Shown: positions 40,881-50,782 of the stretch, in pieces
Layout of the letters: each line of letters begins with the position of its first letter
Numbering within the stretch: the first letter of the stretch is position 1
Source of the DNA: a virus
Direction: 5' to 3' (one strand)
DNA: 64,000 bases
Virus record (IMG/VR): IMGVR_UViG_3300005613_002762
Coordinates: 1 to 64,000 of that record
Translations under genes and position numbers: made by a program
The notes under the pieces: model-generated
Seen by the model: only the letters and a program-made list of their open reading frames with translations
What the model was told of the DNA's origin: nothing
The model's database searches: none

Positions 40881-42008
40881 ATGGCAATTATCAATGAACC
40901 AGAAAGAAGTCAATTCTATCAAAAAGTTAGACATTTACTTGGAGCACCTCTTAGATCAGTAGAATTAGAGGATGAAATGATGGATACTTTATTGGAGTAT
41001 TCTATTGATGAGTATTCGCAATATGTCCAAGATTGGTTAATCGAATCTCAATGGACTTCTTTGTATAATCTAAACTTAGATACTCAATCACTATCAAGAG
41101 CGTTTATTACTAAAAGTTTGGACTTTGAAACCAGATACACATACGCATATTCTAAAATAGTGGGACTTCAAGCCGGGGGTGATTGGGAAATTAAAAAAGA
41201 TTATATTCAATTAGTCCCAAATCAACAAATATACGAAATACCTGCCGGTAGAGAAATTAATGAAGTATTATGGTTTACACCATCAACTCTTAATAATTTA
41301 ATGTTTGGTTTAGGTGGTTTTGCGGGAATTGGAACAGGAACTGGATTAGGTGGTGGAGGCGGTCTTGCTCAGATAGGTAATATGGCGGGAAGTTATTATT
41401 TGACGCCTGTGTTTGATACTTTACTTAGAATGCAAGAAGTTAATATCCAAAAAAGAATATTTGCGGGTGAGTTAACTTATTATATAACCGCACTTCCGGG
41501 AGGAAAGAAAGCGTTACACCTTTTGAATACACCTGGTGGTAAATTTGACTTTGGGAACTCGGAATTGGCAAAAGGTCAAGTTTGGTATTGGTATTATGAC
41601 ACGTCACAAGGAGATAGAGACAAATGTTTGGCCGATAACCCCGATATTATTTTATTACCATCAGACGTTCCTTTTAATAGTATGTCGTGGGATAAACTTA
41701 ATAACCCCGCTCAAGTTTGGGTAAGAAGATGGTTTGTTGCATATTGTAAAGAAACTTTAGCGAGAGTTCGTGGTAAATTTAGTGGTAATTTAAAAACACC
41801 TGATGGTGATTTAACCATGGATTACGCAGCACTATCAACTGAAGCTAAAGACGAAAAAACAAAATTAATTGATGAACTAATCGGTGCTGAAGGTCGTTTA
41901 ACGAGATTAAAACCCGAAAAAGTTATGGAAAGAGAGGCCTTATTAGCAGAAAATCTTAACAAACAATTAAAGTTTAGAGCTATGCCTCGTCAAATATATG
42001 TAATATAA
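40881..42008 (+). CDS. Neck / head-tail adaptor protein (T4 gp13-like)
   Basis: VRHLLGAPLRSVELEDE...WVRRWFVAYCKETLARVRGKFSG...PDGDLTMDY..L..EA..EK..L. Confidence 0.75.
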   Translation: MAIINEPERSQFYQKVRHLLGAPLRSVELEDEMMDTLLEYSIDEYSQYVQDWLIESQWTSLYNLNLDTQSLSRAFITKSLDFETRYTYAYSKIVGLQAGGDWEIKKDYIQLVPNQQIYEIPAGREINEVLWFTPSTLNNLMFGLGGFAGIGTGTGLGGGGGLAQIGNMAGSYYLTPVFDTLLRMQEVNIQKRIFAGELTYYITALPGGKKALHLLNTPGGKFDFGNSELAKGQVWYWYYDTSQGDRDKCLADNPDIILLPSDVPFNSMSWDKLNNPAQVWVRRWFVAYCKETLARVRGKFSGNLKTPDGDLTMDYAALSTEAKDEKTKLIDELIGAEGRLTRLKPEKVMEREALLAENLNKQLKFRAMPRQIYVI

Positions 42009-42011
42009 GTT

Positions 42012-42359
42012 ATGGGAATTTATAAAGAAAAACCAATTAGAAAAACCGTTTTTCGTGGTGGAAGATCTTTAAACCTTAACACCTTTGAAACGATTGTGGT
42101 TAGTGAACCAATTTACTCAACAAATGGTGAAATTTTATTATTAGTAAAAGATGTTACTCAATGTAAGGTTAAATTAGACTCAACAACCACCGATAAAATC
42201 ACCATAAAGTCATTGACCAATTGTGCAATTGTTCCTGATATGGGAAGAATTGATGAAGATTGGGATGAAATCCATATAGGTAGAGGTGCATGTATAGAAC
42301 TCCAAAACATACAAGGAATTTGGTATATCTTATCCAGTGATGGGTTGAAACTTGACTAA
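42012..42359 (+). CDS. Hypothetical beta-rich protein (likely structural)
   Basis: 115-aa ORF right after the neck gene; ends with a fibre-associated-type pattern (ITIKSL...IDE..DEIHI..GACIEL....IWYILS). Confidence 0.6.
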   Translation: MGIYKEKPIRKTVFRGGRSLNLNTFETIVVSEPIYSTNGEILLLVKDVTQCKVKLDSTTTDKITIKSLTNCAIVPDMGRIDEDWDEIHIGRGACIELQNIQGIWYILSSDGLKLD

Positions 42360-45149
42360 TTCATTTTCAGGAACGTATTTTAACATACTATCATCCGCCA
42401 ACTTATACATGTGGTATGGAGTTTCATTAACTCTATTCCAAAACGACATTTCCTCGTCAGATATTTCCATAACATCTTCCAACTTATCTTGATCACCTTC
42501 ATCAAAAGGTTGTCCGTTGATTAGTTCACACTGATCTTTAGTAAAAAATGGTCTGTCTTCAGGATTTTTAACTAACAACCCATTTCTAACTTCTTGTTTA
42601 AACACAACAAGTAATGGCTCAACTCTTTTATTGAATGTTGCAATCGCTCGCTGAATATTGTATTGACCTTTCATTGTTGGGTTAGTTTCTAAATCTGAAG
42701 GATCAATTCGGTAACAATTAAGTTGTATTATAGATTCTAAGTTTTCAGGAATAGGTCCACCGTAAGTATTGATATGTTCTTGAGACCACCCCTTCTTTGG
42801 TTTATTAACTTTCTGAACATCACCGTGTGAAGCTTTAGTTCCGTTATTTACATAGAAGATTATATCACCAAGATTTACATTAAGACCTTCTTTAATTGCT
42901 AACTCCATATGTGCTTGACGAGACATTAAACTTCCTGCCTTAGTTGTTTGTTTACTACGAATAATATAGTCATCAATACTTTGTTTCACTTTTGCTTTGT
43001 TTGCAATATCCATTAAAGGAATTTGTAAATCAAAAATCTGTTGGACGTATTCATAATACCACTCTACAAACTCTTGTCCTTTACCATCAAGTAAAAGTTT
43101 GATCCCCTTATCTAAGAACTTCTCAATGTAGATTGGCATTTTTTTAGATTTGATTGAGTTTCCTGTTAGTTTGATTTTACCTTTGGCGGTGATAAGTGCG
43201 TAGTTTTTTCGAGCCAAGTTGATACACGCCGGCCATTGTCCATCTGTGTCAAGTGCCATTTCACCTCTCATCGCAAGATCATTAAACTCCATTACATCGG
43301 CTTCTTCACCAATATATTCTTTACCTTCTTTCACTTTCCAGTTCAAACCTTTACCAATATACTTTCTTTCTTCTACACCTTCAGGAACCGAAAAGTTGAT
43401 ACCATCCGTATCCATTACAAGAGGTGTGTATCCACGATCCATAAAGAAACTAATCATCATTCTAAGATACTGACGACCTGTGCAAGTAATCATTTCCCCT
43501 TTATCCATATCACCCCAATGAAATACTTGTGGTGCCGACAACGCCCCGAACATGGAGTTGATGAAGATCTTAATTGGTAATTGTTTACGGTCATAAGAAG
43601 TTGATTTCTTTTTATCAATACTCGCATATTCTTCGGCCAATTGTTTGTATTTGATTCGGCTATTTCTAAAATAAGTCAAAAGACCTTTCATCGCACCTGT
43701 AACATCACAATCAGGAAACACATCGTGAACCAACTGAATGGAGGGGTATAGAGACGAGTAGTCAAGTTTTAGAACGTTCTTGGAGTAACCTGTTCGGATA
43801 AGACGAGAAAGTCCTCCTACGAAGTTCCCTTTATCATTCTTGGCGGGAATTGCTAACTTATGTTTATAAGACCAAGCCAACATCAACATTTTCCATAATG
43901 TTGCCGTTCCCATCGTTGAAACTCTTTCATATGTTGTTGGAAGAAGGGATGCCAACAAAAATGAACCTTGATTGAATTCTTCATCAACCAATAGAGTTTC
44001 TTCTAAGTCATCGTCAAGGTAACGTTCAATAATGTCGTCCCCCGTTGTTTTAATATAAACATTTGAGTGTCTTGAACAAACCTCATCAATCTTCGGATCT
44101 ACACCAACTTTTTTGTATTTACCATTTTCAATGTTTAACCAATATTCTTCCTTTTCACGATACATTGACCCAATTTTATTATGTTCAACATAAACACGAT
44201 CAGGAGCCTCAGCCTCAATATATTTTGTAATATACTTCAAACCAGCTTCTTTAATGTTTGAGTTAATTGCTTGAGCTCTACGAACTGAATGTAAAATATC
44301 AATAATGTTATAACCCCACATTTGAGTTTGAGTAAATTTCTCAACCTCGTTTGCAAGTTTCAACATTGACTCTTTTTGTGAAATAGATTTTTCAGGGTTT
44401 AAAGATTTGGCAACTCGTTTGATATCAAGATTCAAGATTTTACATCTTTCATAAATCCAATACCAGTCAAAGTTAAATGAGTTATATCCTGAAAGAATTG
44501 AAGGTTTTTGTTCTTCAATAATTCTAAAGAACTCCGTAATACCTCTACGTTCTTCGTCTTCGTTTGAACACTCAATAACTTTTTTGAATCCTTTGTTTGT
44601 TTTAATTCCGATCATGAAGATACGACCATCCTTGGGTTCAAGTGAGGTCGTCTCAAGGTCAAATACCATTCTCGTAATGTCGTTGTATTCCTCAAATCCT
44701 TTAAATAGTCGTTTCTCTTTTGAGATGAGGTATTGCTCAACAGGAGGTAAAACCATAATAAGGTCTCTCACATTTTCACCCCAAGGATCAACTCCACCTT
44801 CTCTAAAAAACTGAATAAGGTTTCTATAACCTTTCATTGACTTAACCATAAAAGTAAGTCCTCGTTCTAAACGATCATTACCTTCAGTTTTTAGTTTTTC
44901 TATAATAATACCATGTTTGGTCATGGCTTCTTTCTGTAATGCTTTTGATTTTGAATAAAAGTTAAGATTTCGTAGATCTCCTACCCAAGCAAAAGATATT
45001 AGAGTATCTCGTTGGATCTGTTTTCCTTTACCAGGAACTTCTTTTATTTTAAAAATTTTGTCGGATAAGTAATCGTATTCTACAGATACGATATATTCTT
45101 CAGGATCATTTCCCTGAAGAAATTGTTCAATTTCTTCTTGTGATATCAT
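42330..45149 (-). CDS. Family B DNA polymerase with 3'-5' exonuclease
   Basis: ExoI FDLETT, ExoII GYNSFNFDW, motif A LDYSSLYPS, motif B KIFINSMFG, motif C MDTDG, RKNYA. Confidence 0.95.
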   Translation of the reverse strand: MISQEEIEQFLQGNDPEEYIVSVEYDYLSDKIFKIKEVPGKGKQIQRDTLISFAWVGDLRNLNFYSKSKALQKEAMTKHGIIIEKLKTEGNDRLERGLTFMVKSMKGYRNLIQFFREGGVDPWGENVRDLIMVLPPVEQYLISKEKRLFKGFEEYNDITRMVFDLETTSLEPKDGRIFMIGIKTNKGFKKVIECSNEDEERRGITEFFRIIEEQKPSILSGYNSFNFDWYWIYERCKILNLDIKRVAKSLNPEKSISQKESMLKLANEVEKFTQTQMWGYNIIDILHSVRRAQAINSNIKEAGLKYITKYIEAEAPDRVYVEHNKIGSMYREKEEYWLNIENGKYKKVGVDPKIDEVCSRHSNVYIKTTGDDIIERYLDDDLEETLLVDEEFNQGSFLLASLLPTTYERVSTMGTATLWKMLMLAWSYKHKLAIPAKNDKGNFVGGLSRLIRTGYSKNVLKLDYSSLYPSIQLVHDVFPDCDVTGAMKGLLTYFRNSRIKYKQLAEEYASIDKKKSTSYDRKQLPIKIFINSMFGALSAPQVFHWGDMDKGEMITCTGRQYLRMMISFFMDRGYTPLVMDTDGINFSVPEGVEERKYIGKGLNWKVKEGKEYIGEEADVMEFNDLAMRGEMALDTDGQWPACINLARKNYALITAKGKIKLTGNSIKSKKMPIYIEKFLDKGIKLLLDGKGQEFVEWYYEYVQQIFDLQIPLMDIANKAKVKQSIDDYIIRSKQTTKAGSLMSRQAHMELAIKEGLNVNLGDIIFYVNNGTKASHGDVQKVNKPKKGWSQEHINTYGGPIPENLESIIQLNCYRIDPSDLETNPTMKGQYNIQRAIATFNKRVEPLLVVFKQEVRNGLLVKNPEDRPFFTKDQCELINGQPFDEGDQDKLEDVMEISDEEMSFWNRVNETPYHMYKLADDSMLKYVPENELVKFQPITG

Positions 45150-45174
45150 GGTTATTTACTTTTGGTCTATTAGC

Positions 45175-45200
45175 TGTCGAATAAGGTCGACATTTACCTT
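45175..45200 (-). promoter_or_regulatory. Structured 5' leader (hairpin or pseudoknot) upstream of the polymerase start
   Basis: Coding strand AAGGT-AAA-TGTCG-ACCTT-ATT-CGACA, giving pairs TGTCGA/TCGACA and AAGGT/ACCTT. Confidence 0.5.
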
Positions 45201-45206
45201 CGTAAA

Positions 45207-45237
45207 TAAATATAGAAGTAAAAATTACTCTTATCAA
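45207..45237 (-). promoter_or_regulatory. Host-sigma-type promoter for the DNA polymerase
   Basis: TTGATA (45237-45232), 17 nt, TATATT (45214-45209); same architecture as the SSB promoter. Confidence 0.6.
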
Positions 45238-45255
45238 CTAAACTACAAAAAAATA

Positions 45256-45777
45256 TTATGTTAAACTTTGGGTTGGTGTTGGTGTGTTTGTTGGTGTCGG
45301 TGTAGGTGTTTGACTAAGTTCGGGGTAATTAGTTGGAGTTGGTGTTGGTGTTGGGAATGGAGTCACACAACAATTATAATCTAAGACATAACAATTATCA
45401 TATGGTAAACTATTAGATAAATAACTTTCAACCACATTAATATATAACTTTTCTCGAATTGGTAAGACAAGTGTCCCTGTTTCATTTATAAAAACAAATT
45501 GACCTTCATAACGACCTGGTTTACTTGTGTCTTGAGGTGTAAATCGATAGTAAACATAAAACTCAGGACTTGCGTTTGGATTCATTTCCATTTTCTCAAC
45601 AAAACTTGCTGCTTCGGAATTGATTTTTAAAACTCCCGTTTCTGAATCTATCATTGAAAAAAATATTGATGATGTCTCAATAAAACCCATCATAGATTGA
45701 TAATCAGTTATACCATCTTTTACAACTTGTAATTTTAATAATGGTAAACTTGAATTTTGACCGATTGTAAATTCCAT
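45256..45777 (-). CDS. Fibre-attachment / BppU-N-like adaptor protein with Pro-Thr tail
   Basis: FTIGQNSSLPLLKLQVV...VYYRFTPQDTSKPGRYEGQF...LVLP...LYINV, then (PT)n. Confidence 0.55.
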   Translation of the reverse strand: MEFTIGQNSSLPLLKLQVVKDGITDYQSMMGFIETSSIFFSMIDSETGVLKINSEAASFVEKMEMNPNASPEFYVYYRFTPQDTSKPGRYEGQFVFINETGTLVLPIREKLYINVVESYLSNSLPYDNCYVLDYNCCVTPFPTPTPTPTNYPELSQTPTPTPTNTPTPTQSLT

Positions 45778-45815
45778 CTATACTTTCTTTATAAATACCT
45801 TAGTTGTGATTTTAG

Positions 45816-46856
45816 TTAGGGACAAACACCACCAACACAATTGTCGTTTCCTCCTGTCACAGAAATATAATTATATGGTTGTGTAAAGGCGGCACAGAAA
45901 GTTTGAGATCCATTAAATGGTAAAGTTATTGCAACACTATTACCATTACAATTCACATATATCGAATTAAACACATTATTTTGTGTTTTAGTATACGTAA
46001 AACATTTACAAGGAAATGAAGTTCCACACTCATGGGAATAAATCACTTGACTATAATTACCAAACAATCCACTATACGCACCAACATACACTACTGTATT
46101 TGGTAAGTAAGGTAATCCATTTCTTTTTAAAACTTTAAACCAACCGCCGTTAGTTGCAAAAGAATATGTATTAAAACTTGGTGATGCCCAAAGAGTTTGA
46201 CCAATTGTTAACGCCGACATTACAGGTGTGTATGCGGTTGCATATTGAGCAGTTTGTGAACATGCGTTATTAACAGCACCCGACCCAAATGACACAACCC
46301 ACTCAGTATAACCTGTTGGTTCAGGACCTAAAGTTGTTGATGTTGTTGTTACGGGTATTGATGTGGTTGATGTTGTAGTTGGTGCTATGGTTGATGTGGT
46401 AGTTGTTGGTATTGGAGGAACTGGTGGTGGTATAGGTTGTGATTTACAACAAGGAAAATCTACAACATAACAACTTTGATATTCATAATCATTTATTATA
46501 AAACTATCCGTTACGTTTACAAATATGTTTTGATTTAATGGTAATGTTAAAATTCCTGTTTCATTTCTAAATAAAAATTGACCTTGATATCTACCAACAC
46601 TTTTTGTGTCTTTTGGTGTGAATTGATAATAAACATAGTATTCAGGTTCTAATGTTGGATCAATTTGTTCTTTTTTCATTACACCAGCAGGTCTTGTAGT
46701 AAATTTTGGAATACCTGTTTCAGTATCAACCATAGAAAAAAATATGTCGGTTTCTTCTAAAAACCGCATAGTTCTATCATAATCACTTCGTCCGTCTTTT
46801 ATGACGTTTATCTTTAATACGGGAAGAGTCGCACCTTTTTTAATGAAAAATTCCAT
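45816..46856 (-). CDS. Paralogous BppU-N-like adaptor with Thr-rich linker and Cys-rich C-terminal domain
   Basis: FFIKKGATLPVLKINVI...VYYQFTPKDTKSVGRYQGQF aligns visibly with the 45256 protein; PTTTTSTIAPTTTSTT linker. Confidence 0.55.
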   Translation of the reverse strand: MEFFIKKGATLPVLKINVIKDGRSDYDRTMRFLEETDIFFSMVDTETGIPKFTTRPAGVMKKEQIDPTLEPEYYVYYQFTPKDTKSVGRYQGQFLFRNETGILTLPLNQNIFVNVTDSFIINDYEYQSCYVVDFPCCKSQPIPPPVPPIPTTTTSTIAPTTTSTTSIPVTTTSTTLGPEPTGYTEWVVSFGSGAVNNACSQTAQYATAYTPVMSALTIGQTLWASPSFNTYSFATNGGWFKVLKRNGLPYLPNTVVYVGAYSGLFGNYSQVIYSHECGTSFPCKCFTYTKTQNNVFNSIYVNCNGNSVAITLPFNGSQTFCAAFTQPYNYISVTGGNDNCVGGVCP

Positions 46857-46884
46857 TCAAGTTCTTTTTCAATAAATACTTGAA

Positions 46885-48552
46885 TTAAAATTCTTTTCTT
46901 AAACTACCCTCATAGAATTCGAACCTGTTGTGTTCTGTTGGTGTCATAAGAAGAACACCACTACTAATTCGACCTTTTATTGTTTCTTTATAACAATATG
47001 ACATTAAGGTCTGTTCATATGGATAGTCAAATTTAGTTTCGATATAACATTTGTAATTACCTTCTTTTGATAATATAATTGGCCAGTTAGATAAATATAC
47101 ATCACCTGTTGCGTATGGAATACCTTCATATGATTTTATATTTTTGAACTCTAAACATGGTGAATTTGGATCTTGACCCTGTTTTGGAAGTTCGGGATTC
47201 ATAGGCCAATGTTTTTTTCTAAACTCTTGATCCACATTATACCAAGACCATTGTTTTTCATGACTACCAAAAAACTCCGTAAAATTTAATTTAAGAAAAT
47301 CTAATTCTTCTTTTTTGAATATCTGTAAAACTTTTCTATATAGATTTTTAGTTTTTCGATTAAATCCGTTTTTACACACATCATCGATACCATTATAAAA
47401 AAACATATCATCTTCGAAGAAATAATAATAATCCATATCGGATTCGTTAAAATGTTCTGCAACAAAAACACGTCCGCCAGTTATTCCGATATTATCTTTT
47501 TTAATATGTTCGAACCCATATTGTTCACAAAGTTCCAAGTATCTTGGAGTTGTTGATAAATCCGTTGAGTTATTTAATAAGAATTTCTTTGTTTTAGAAA
47601 TAAAATCTGAATCATATTCTAACATGGAATTGATCAGTGTTTCAAATTGTTTTGGGCTATTGAATGAAATCACATATAGACCAACATCTCCTGACGAAAT
47701 CTTAACTATTTTTTTTGTTTTCCTTAAAGTTTTTAATTCAACGGAATCATTTTTAACATCTTCAAAAAATTTATACATAAGACCATTCGATTCAATTTCA
47801 ACGTAATCTATTATTGTCGGATTTTGATATAAAAGAATTGAAAATAAACTTTCTTCAGTTCCCATTAAACCTTTTTGTAATGTTGATTTAATTAACCCAT
47901 AATAAAGACCATTCATATGTCGAATAAGTTCTTTTGTTCCACCAAAGAATCCACCTCTACAAACTTTATCAACCCTTGTTTCAGTTATCTTATCCATTTG
48001 TTTAATATCAAATCCATGTATTTCACGATCCGCTTGGTATGGGAAACAAACAAATAAAAAGTTATCGGTTAATTTATCTATTTTTGGTAAAACATTGTCG
48101 TGAGTAAAATAACCCATGTGAACCGTATTTGCCAATCCCGCATCAATCCAATAAAGTTTTTCTGAATTAAATTTATCTAAAATAACCGCATCATGTAAAA
48201 GAAACATTTTTGACATAACCAAAGGGTTATACATTTCAAGTTTCGCTTGAGTAGAATCTTTTAACCATCCGGCTAAATTATACCATTTTGGATTGTTTCT
48301 AATCGTTTGTATTTGATAATAAAACTCACCATTTTTAAACCAATCTAAATCTCTTAATACAAATTGAGTGTTAGAGTTATTTCTTTTTGATGAAACAAAA
48401 TCTTGTAGTTCTTTGTCACCAAAAATTATCATATTACAATCAATTTGTAATAGTTGTTCAAACTTATTTAAATAATGATCAAATGATCGAGACCAACCCT
48501 CAGATAAGTTTCCTCGACCAATATCCCATAAACCAGTGACTAACGTAATCAT
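46885..48552 (-). CDS. HtrL/YibB (WlaTC)-like putative glycosyltransferase fused to a GT-A-like domain
   Basis: ITLVTGLWDIGR...RSFDHYLNKF...MSKMFLL...YWIDAG...CRGGFFGG...MGTEESL; second domain LYVISFNS...NIGITGGR...YYFFEDD. Confidence 0.7.
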   Translation of the reverse strand: MITLVTGLWDIGRGNLSEGWSRSFDHYLNKFEQLLQIDCNMIIFGDKELQDFVSSKRNNSNTQFVLRDLDWFKNGEFYYQIQTIRNNPKWYNLAGWLKDSTQAKLEMYNPLVMSKMFLLHDAVILDKFNSEKLYWIDAGLANTVHMGYFTHDNVLPKIDKLTDNFLFVCFPYQADREIHGFDIKQMDKITETRVDKVCRGGFFGGTKELIRHMNGLYYGLIKSTLQKGLMGTEESLFSILLYQNPTIIDYVEIESNGLMYKFFEDVKNDSVELKTLRKTKKIVKISSGDVGLYVISFNSPKQFETLINSMLEYDSDFISKTKKFLLNNSTDLSTTPRYLELCEQYGFEHIKKDNIGITGGRVFVAEHFNESDMDYYYFFEDDMFFYNGIDDVCKNGFNRKTKNLYRKVLQIFKKEELDFLKLNFTEFFGSHEKQWSWYNVDQEFRKKHWPMNPELPKQGQDPNSPCLEFKNIKSYEGIPYATGDVYLSNWPIILSKEGNYKCYIETKFDYPYEQTLMSYCYKETIKGRISSGVLLMTPTEHNRFEFYEGSLRKEF

Positions 48553-48581
48553 AGTTAATTGTTAACAATTTTATTTTGAAA

Positions 48582-49463
48582 TTAAATACCGTTTAATTCC
48601 TCTAATATTTTATAAAAACTTTTTTCTGTCTTGGTTAATTCTTTTAAATCAACGCCAGGTATATTATCGTCTTCATGCCACCAAATATCAAAAAATAATG
48701 GACTAAACAAATCTTTATTGTTGTAATAAATTAAAGACATAATGTTCTCCTCAAGGTATAAAGTATTTTCATTTTCTAAAACCTCATCAATTTGGTTTAA
48801 CATCATTTTACAATAATCCATTACCAATTCTTTTTTACCACCAAAAAAACCACCAATTATGTGATGGTCAAAACAATACTTATCGTAATAGCTTTGAGGT
48901 AAAGTTTTTGACCAATGATTTCTTCTATTTTCTTTTGCACATAACACAATTTTATTATCTGAAGTTTTTATCAGATTATTTAAAAGATTATTATTAAATA
49001 ATTTAGATTCAAAATACTTTTCCCAATACCCCCTTGTTTGATCTAAAAGTCTTGGTGGAATTAAACCACTATGAGAAAGACCAGCATCAAACCAAAAGAT
49101 ATTTGTTGTTGTGTCGTCAATTTCGTTTAAACACCAATTAAATTTTGAATACTGAATTTCATAACATCTATCTTTAATCACATTTGTTTGTGTTGATTTA
49201 ATTTGTGAAATTCTATTGTGAAATTTATTATCACGTAAATTTGAAACTTTAAATGTAATTTGTGATTCTGAAAAATTATTTTCTTTATAAAAAAAGTTTT
49301 GAAGAATACCTAACTCTTCTTGACTTGTATAACACACAAATTGTGCATCGGTCATTTTTAATAAACTTTTAACCGAGTTTAAATAATGTCCTTGTCTACT
49401 ATCTCTTCCACCAAGATCGGTATTGAACAGGTTTGAATAAATTGCGGTAACAATTTTTATCAT
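48582..49463 (-). CDS. Second HtrL/YibB-like putative glycosyltransferase
   Basis: IKIVTAIY...YEIQYSKF...FWFDAGLSH...IIGGFFGG...LEENIM, the same motif order as the neighbour's N-terminal domain. Confidence 0.65.
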   Translation of the reverse strand: MIKIVTAIYSNLFNTDLGGRDSRQGHYLNSVKSLLKMTDAQFVCYTSQEELGILQNFFYKENNFSESQITFKVSNLRDNKFHNRISQIKSTQTNVIKDRCYEIQYSKFNWCLNEIDDTTTNIFWFDAGLSHSGLIPPRLLDQTRGYWEKYFESKLFNNNLLNNLIKTSDNKIVLCAKENRRNHWSKTLPQSYYDKYCFDHHIIGGFFGGKKELVMDYCKMMLNQIDEVLENENTLYLEENIMSLIYYNNKDLFSPLFFDIWWHEDDNIPGVDLKELTKTEKSFYKILEELNGI

Positions 49464-50704
49464 AAATTACCAACAATTCTATCACACCAATCTTTAGATG
49501 TCGAGTGAGGCCAAATAACCCAATACGACGGAATTTCTTTTGTGTGAAACTCTCTCCACACTTTACCAACACCACTTGGATCTGACTTTAATCTCATAAT
49601 CTCATTTGGATCGGCATCTTGTCTAAACAAAGTATTATTATCTTTATCGTGAAAAGCAACCACCCAAAAATCATAATCAGTTTCAGGAACTCGATTTAAA
49701 TCTAAATCAATACAATGTCTAAAAATTGTTGTAAAAGATTCTTTCCATTCTTCTTCAGTTTTAAACTCATATGTATTTGGTGGATATTTTTTATCTTTTG
49801 TTTCTTGTTGTATACCTCGAGTTTCGAATAATATTCCAGCATATTTTTCATAGTCACGAACCGTTCTTTTTGTTCCGAACCATTCAGAATAATCACCATC
49901 ATAAGTTTCACCATCAACACCAAGTAATTGTCTATTCTTTTTATGACATGCGGTATTTTTTAAATACCAATCCTTATCATCATCCCATTGCTTAACTCGA
50001 CCTTTTCTTGTGTATTCATGCCAAATTAAAACTTTATGTGGGTGAAACAAATCATAACCATGTGTATATGCTCTTACCGTAATTGAAATTTCTTCCCCAT
50101 GAAAATAAAATTCAGGATCGTGTTGAACTTCTTTTGAAAACTCACCCAAAGTAAAACAATAATGTGCCGAATAAAATCTTGCGGGAATTGGTTCGGTCAT
50201 TTCTTTCCATCCTGGTATAACTTCAGGTAAAAAGAAAACAACACCTTCGGGTGTAAATCGATCAAATGTCATACGCCAAGGTTCCGTAACTCTTCCTTCA
50301 GGATCATTTTCAGGATCAAATGAAGAAACATAACCTGTCAATAATGGTTTTTTATGACCTTTCTTTTGGAGTTGTTTAATCATTTTGATCATTTCTTTAT
50401 CCCAATTTTTTTCGAATCTCATATGAGAATCTATTTGAAGGGTATATTTTTCTCCATCATATTGTTGTTGTGTCAAATGTCTTGCCCAACACACACCTTT
50501 TGATTCCTTATAATCTATGTTAATAATTTTAAATCTTGGGTCATTTTCATACTCTGATAAATCATCAAAACCATCTTCAGGATGAAATTGTCTGGCAATT
50601 GATAAAACCAAATTTTCGGGGTTTTTTGCCATTTCCAACATGTTTTTAATTGTTGGGATAAGTTGGGGGTCTCGATAAGACGCTATTTGAACAAATATTT
50701 TCAT
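49460..50704 (-). CDS. GT60-like polypeptide/hydroxyproline GlcNAc transferase
   Basis: KIFVQIASYRDPQL..TI, SKGVCWAR, YTLQIDSHMRF..NWD, HDPEFYFHGEEISITVRAYTHGYDLFHP...WHEY. Confidence 0.85.
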   Translation of the reverse strand: MKIFVQIASYRDPQLIPTIKNMLEMAKNPENLVLSIARQFHPEDGFDDLSEYENDPRFKIINIDYKESKGVCWARHLTQQQYDGEKYTLQIDSHMRFEKNWDKEMIKMIKQLQKKGHKKPLLTGYVSSFDPENDPEGRVTEPWRMTFDRFTPEGVVFFLPEVIPGWKEMTEPIPARFYSAHYCFTLGEFSKEVQHDPEFYFHGEEISITVRAYTHGYDLFHPHKVLIWHEYTRKGRVKQWDDDKDWYLKNTACHKKNRQLLGVDGETYDGDYSEWFGTKRTVRDYEKYAGILFETRGIQQETKDKKYPPNTYEFKTEEEWKESFTTIFRHCIDLDLNRVPETDYDFWVVAFHDKDNNTLFRQDADPNEIMRLKSDPSGVGKVWREFHTKEIPSYWVIWPHSTSKDWCDRIVGNL

Positions 50705-50782
50705 AATGAAAAAATAAATAAATCAAGTAAAGTGTAAATTGTTTTGATCGATTTAAACACTATGATGATCCATAAATAAATG

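Noticed and set aside
4868-45149. Inteins or introns in RNR, helicase, recombinase or polymerase
   Set aside because: Lengths and motif spacing look normal; no splice-junction or homing-endonuclease motifs were seen.
45165-45205. preQ1-I or other known riboswitch in the polymerase leader
   Set aside because: It lacks the preQ1 loop consensus and A-rich tail, and the downstream gene is unrelated; retained only as an unassigned structured leader.
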